From Syntrophales bacterium (lineage in GTDB: Bacteria; Desulfobacterota; Syntrophia; Syntrophales; PHBD01), in assembly GCA_963668175.1 (NCBI GenBank), contig OY764159.1:1600001-1664000 (forward strand): DNA of 64,000 nucleotides, given 5' to 3'. Of this stretch, positions 63,165-64,000 are shown in pieces (the first letter of the stretch is position 1; the number at the start of each line of letters is the position of its first letter). The translations under genes and the position numbers were made by a program. Under the pieces are notes generated by a model that saw nothing but the letters and a program-made list of their open reading frames with translations, made no database searches and had not been told where the DNA came from.

Positions 63165-63565
63165 ACGGTTGATGGTTTCCAAATATCGTGCCAACGGTAA
63201 CGACCTCAAATGATATATCGTTTGGCGAATATAATCAACTCGTTAATCTGTTGCTAGGGCGCGCCGGATTTCTACGGATCAGGAAAAAGACCCCGGCCTT
63301 CCGTTTTTTCCACCGGATTTGTCTGAAATAGTGGACAGGGTGTGTACGATGCGCGTTGACATAGGGGTGCGATATTCATATTGCAGGGCTGTAAGGCTTG
63401 ATGACGGCGGCGCAAATAGATCATATGATGTTTTTATGAGGCATTTGCTTTAACGGCTTGACTCTTTCCCGGTTTGGTTATACTTTCCATACACATTTCA
63501 AATGGATAATTTTCATTTAATGCGGCATCTCCTCCAAAGATTTAAAAAGACAAACGAGCGAAAAA

Positions 63566-64000
63566 GTGAATAGACATACTCCAGTAATTTCCGCTTTTTC
63601 ATTAGAGGCCAAGATAAAAAGGTCTCTTCGCAATCACTTAAAGAAAATTGGATATACACGAACATCGGACGGTCTTCTTCATCCGCCAGATAAATCCAAA
63701 GAAACTATTCGTGCCTTACACAGTGCTCAACGATCGACTCTTATTAAGAGGGAACATGACTTCATCAAAAGATCCTGGCCAAAATTGAAGACGTACTTTG
63801 CTGACGGGAAAGATGTTGTGCCTGAAGAAATTACACCCGACTTGGAACTTATAGAGGGTGGGACTTGGCAATCTGATCTTTTTAGACTTGCATCACTCTT
63901 ATGGAGTGTTCCTGTTTCAAAAGGTTACGGACGCAGATTGCGTTTCTTGGTTTGGGATAAATCCAATGACAAACTGATAGGACTGTTCGGACTCGGTGAT
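63566..64000 (+). CDS. druA: Probable Druantia anti-phage protein DruA (DUF4338), runs off the window
   Basis: AT-rich open frame from GTG 63566: ...LFRLASLLWSVPVSKGYGRRLRFLVWDKSNDKLIGLFGLGD. Confidence 0.75.
   Translation, partial: MNRHTPVISAFSLEAKIKRSLRNHLKKIGYTRTSDGLLHPPDKSKETIRALHSAQRSTLIKREHDFIKRSWPKLKTYFADGKDVVPEEITPDLELIEGGTWQSDLFRLASLLWSVPVSKGYGRRLRFLVWDKSNDKLIGLFGLGD

Overview
GC-rich chromosomal segment of an anaerobic bacterium. Gene content and order suggest Desulfobacterota, probably Syntrophales-like (inference). It carries a housekeeping core (tilS-ftsH-folP-acpS-tsaE-lysC-comEA; tig-clpP-clpX-lon; six tRNAs) and a ~15.7 kb minus-strand [FeFe]-hydrogenase locus. That locus holds rex, a Rex operator, hydC/B/A with electron-bifurcation signatures, a sensory hydrogenase-histidine kinase fusion with partner receivers and kinase, aspA and hydF/G/E. 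Also present: several PAS/GAF kinases, two bactofilins, a CsgG-DUF4810-DUF799 lipoprotein operon, an atypical tryptophanase/tyrosine phenol-lyase, an AT-rich two-gene islet, and the start of a probable Druantia (druA) defence gene at the right edge. The most notable hidden feature is a 149-codon minus-strand gene (12067-12516) absent from the ORF track. Both of its CxxC-type motifs contain an in-frame TGA (CETU, CPEU), each followed by a SECIS-like hairpin. It is a candidate two-selenocysteine HExxH protein lying directly upstream of a two-component system. All family assignments come from motif recognition by eye, not database searches.
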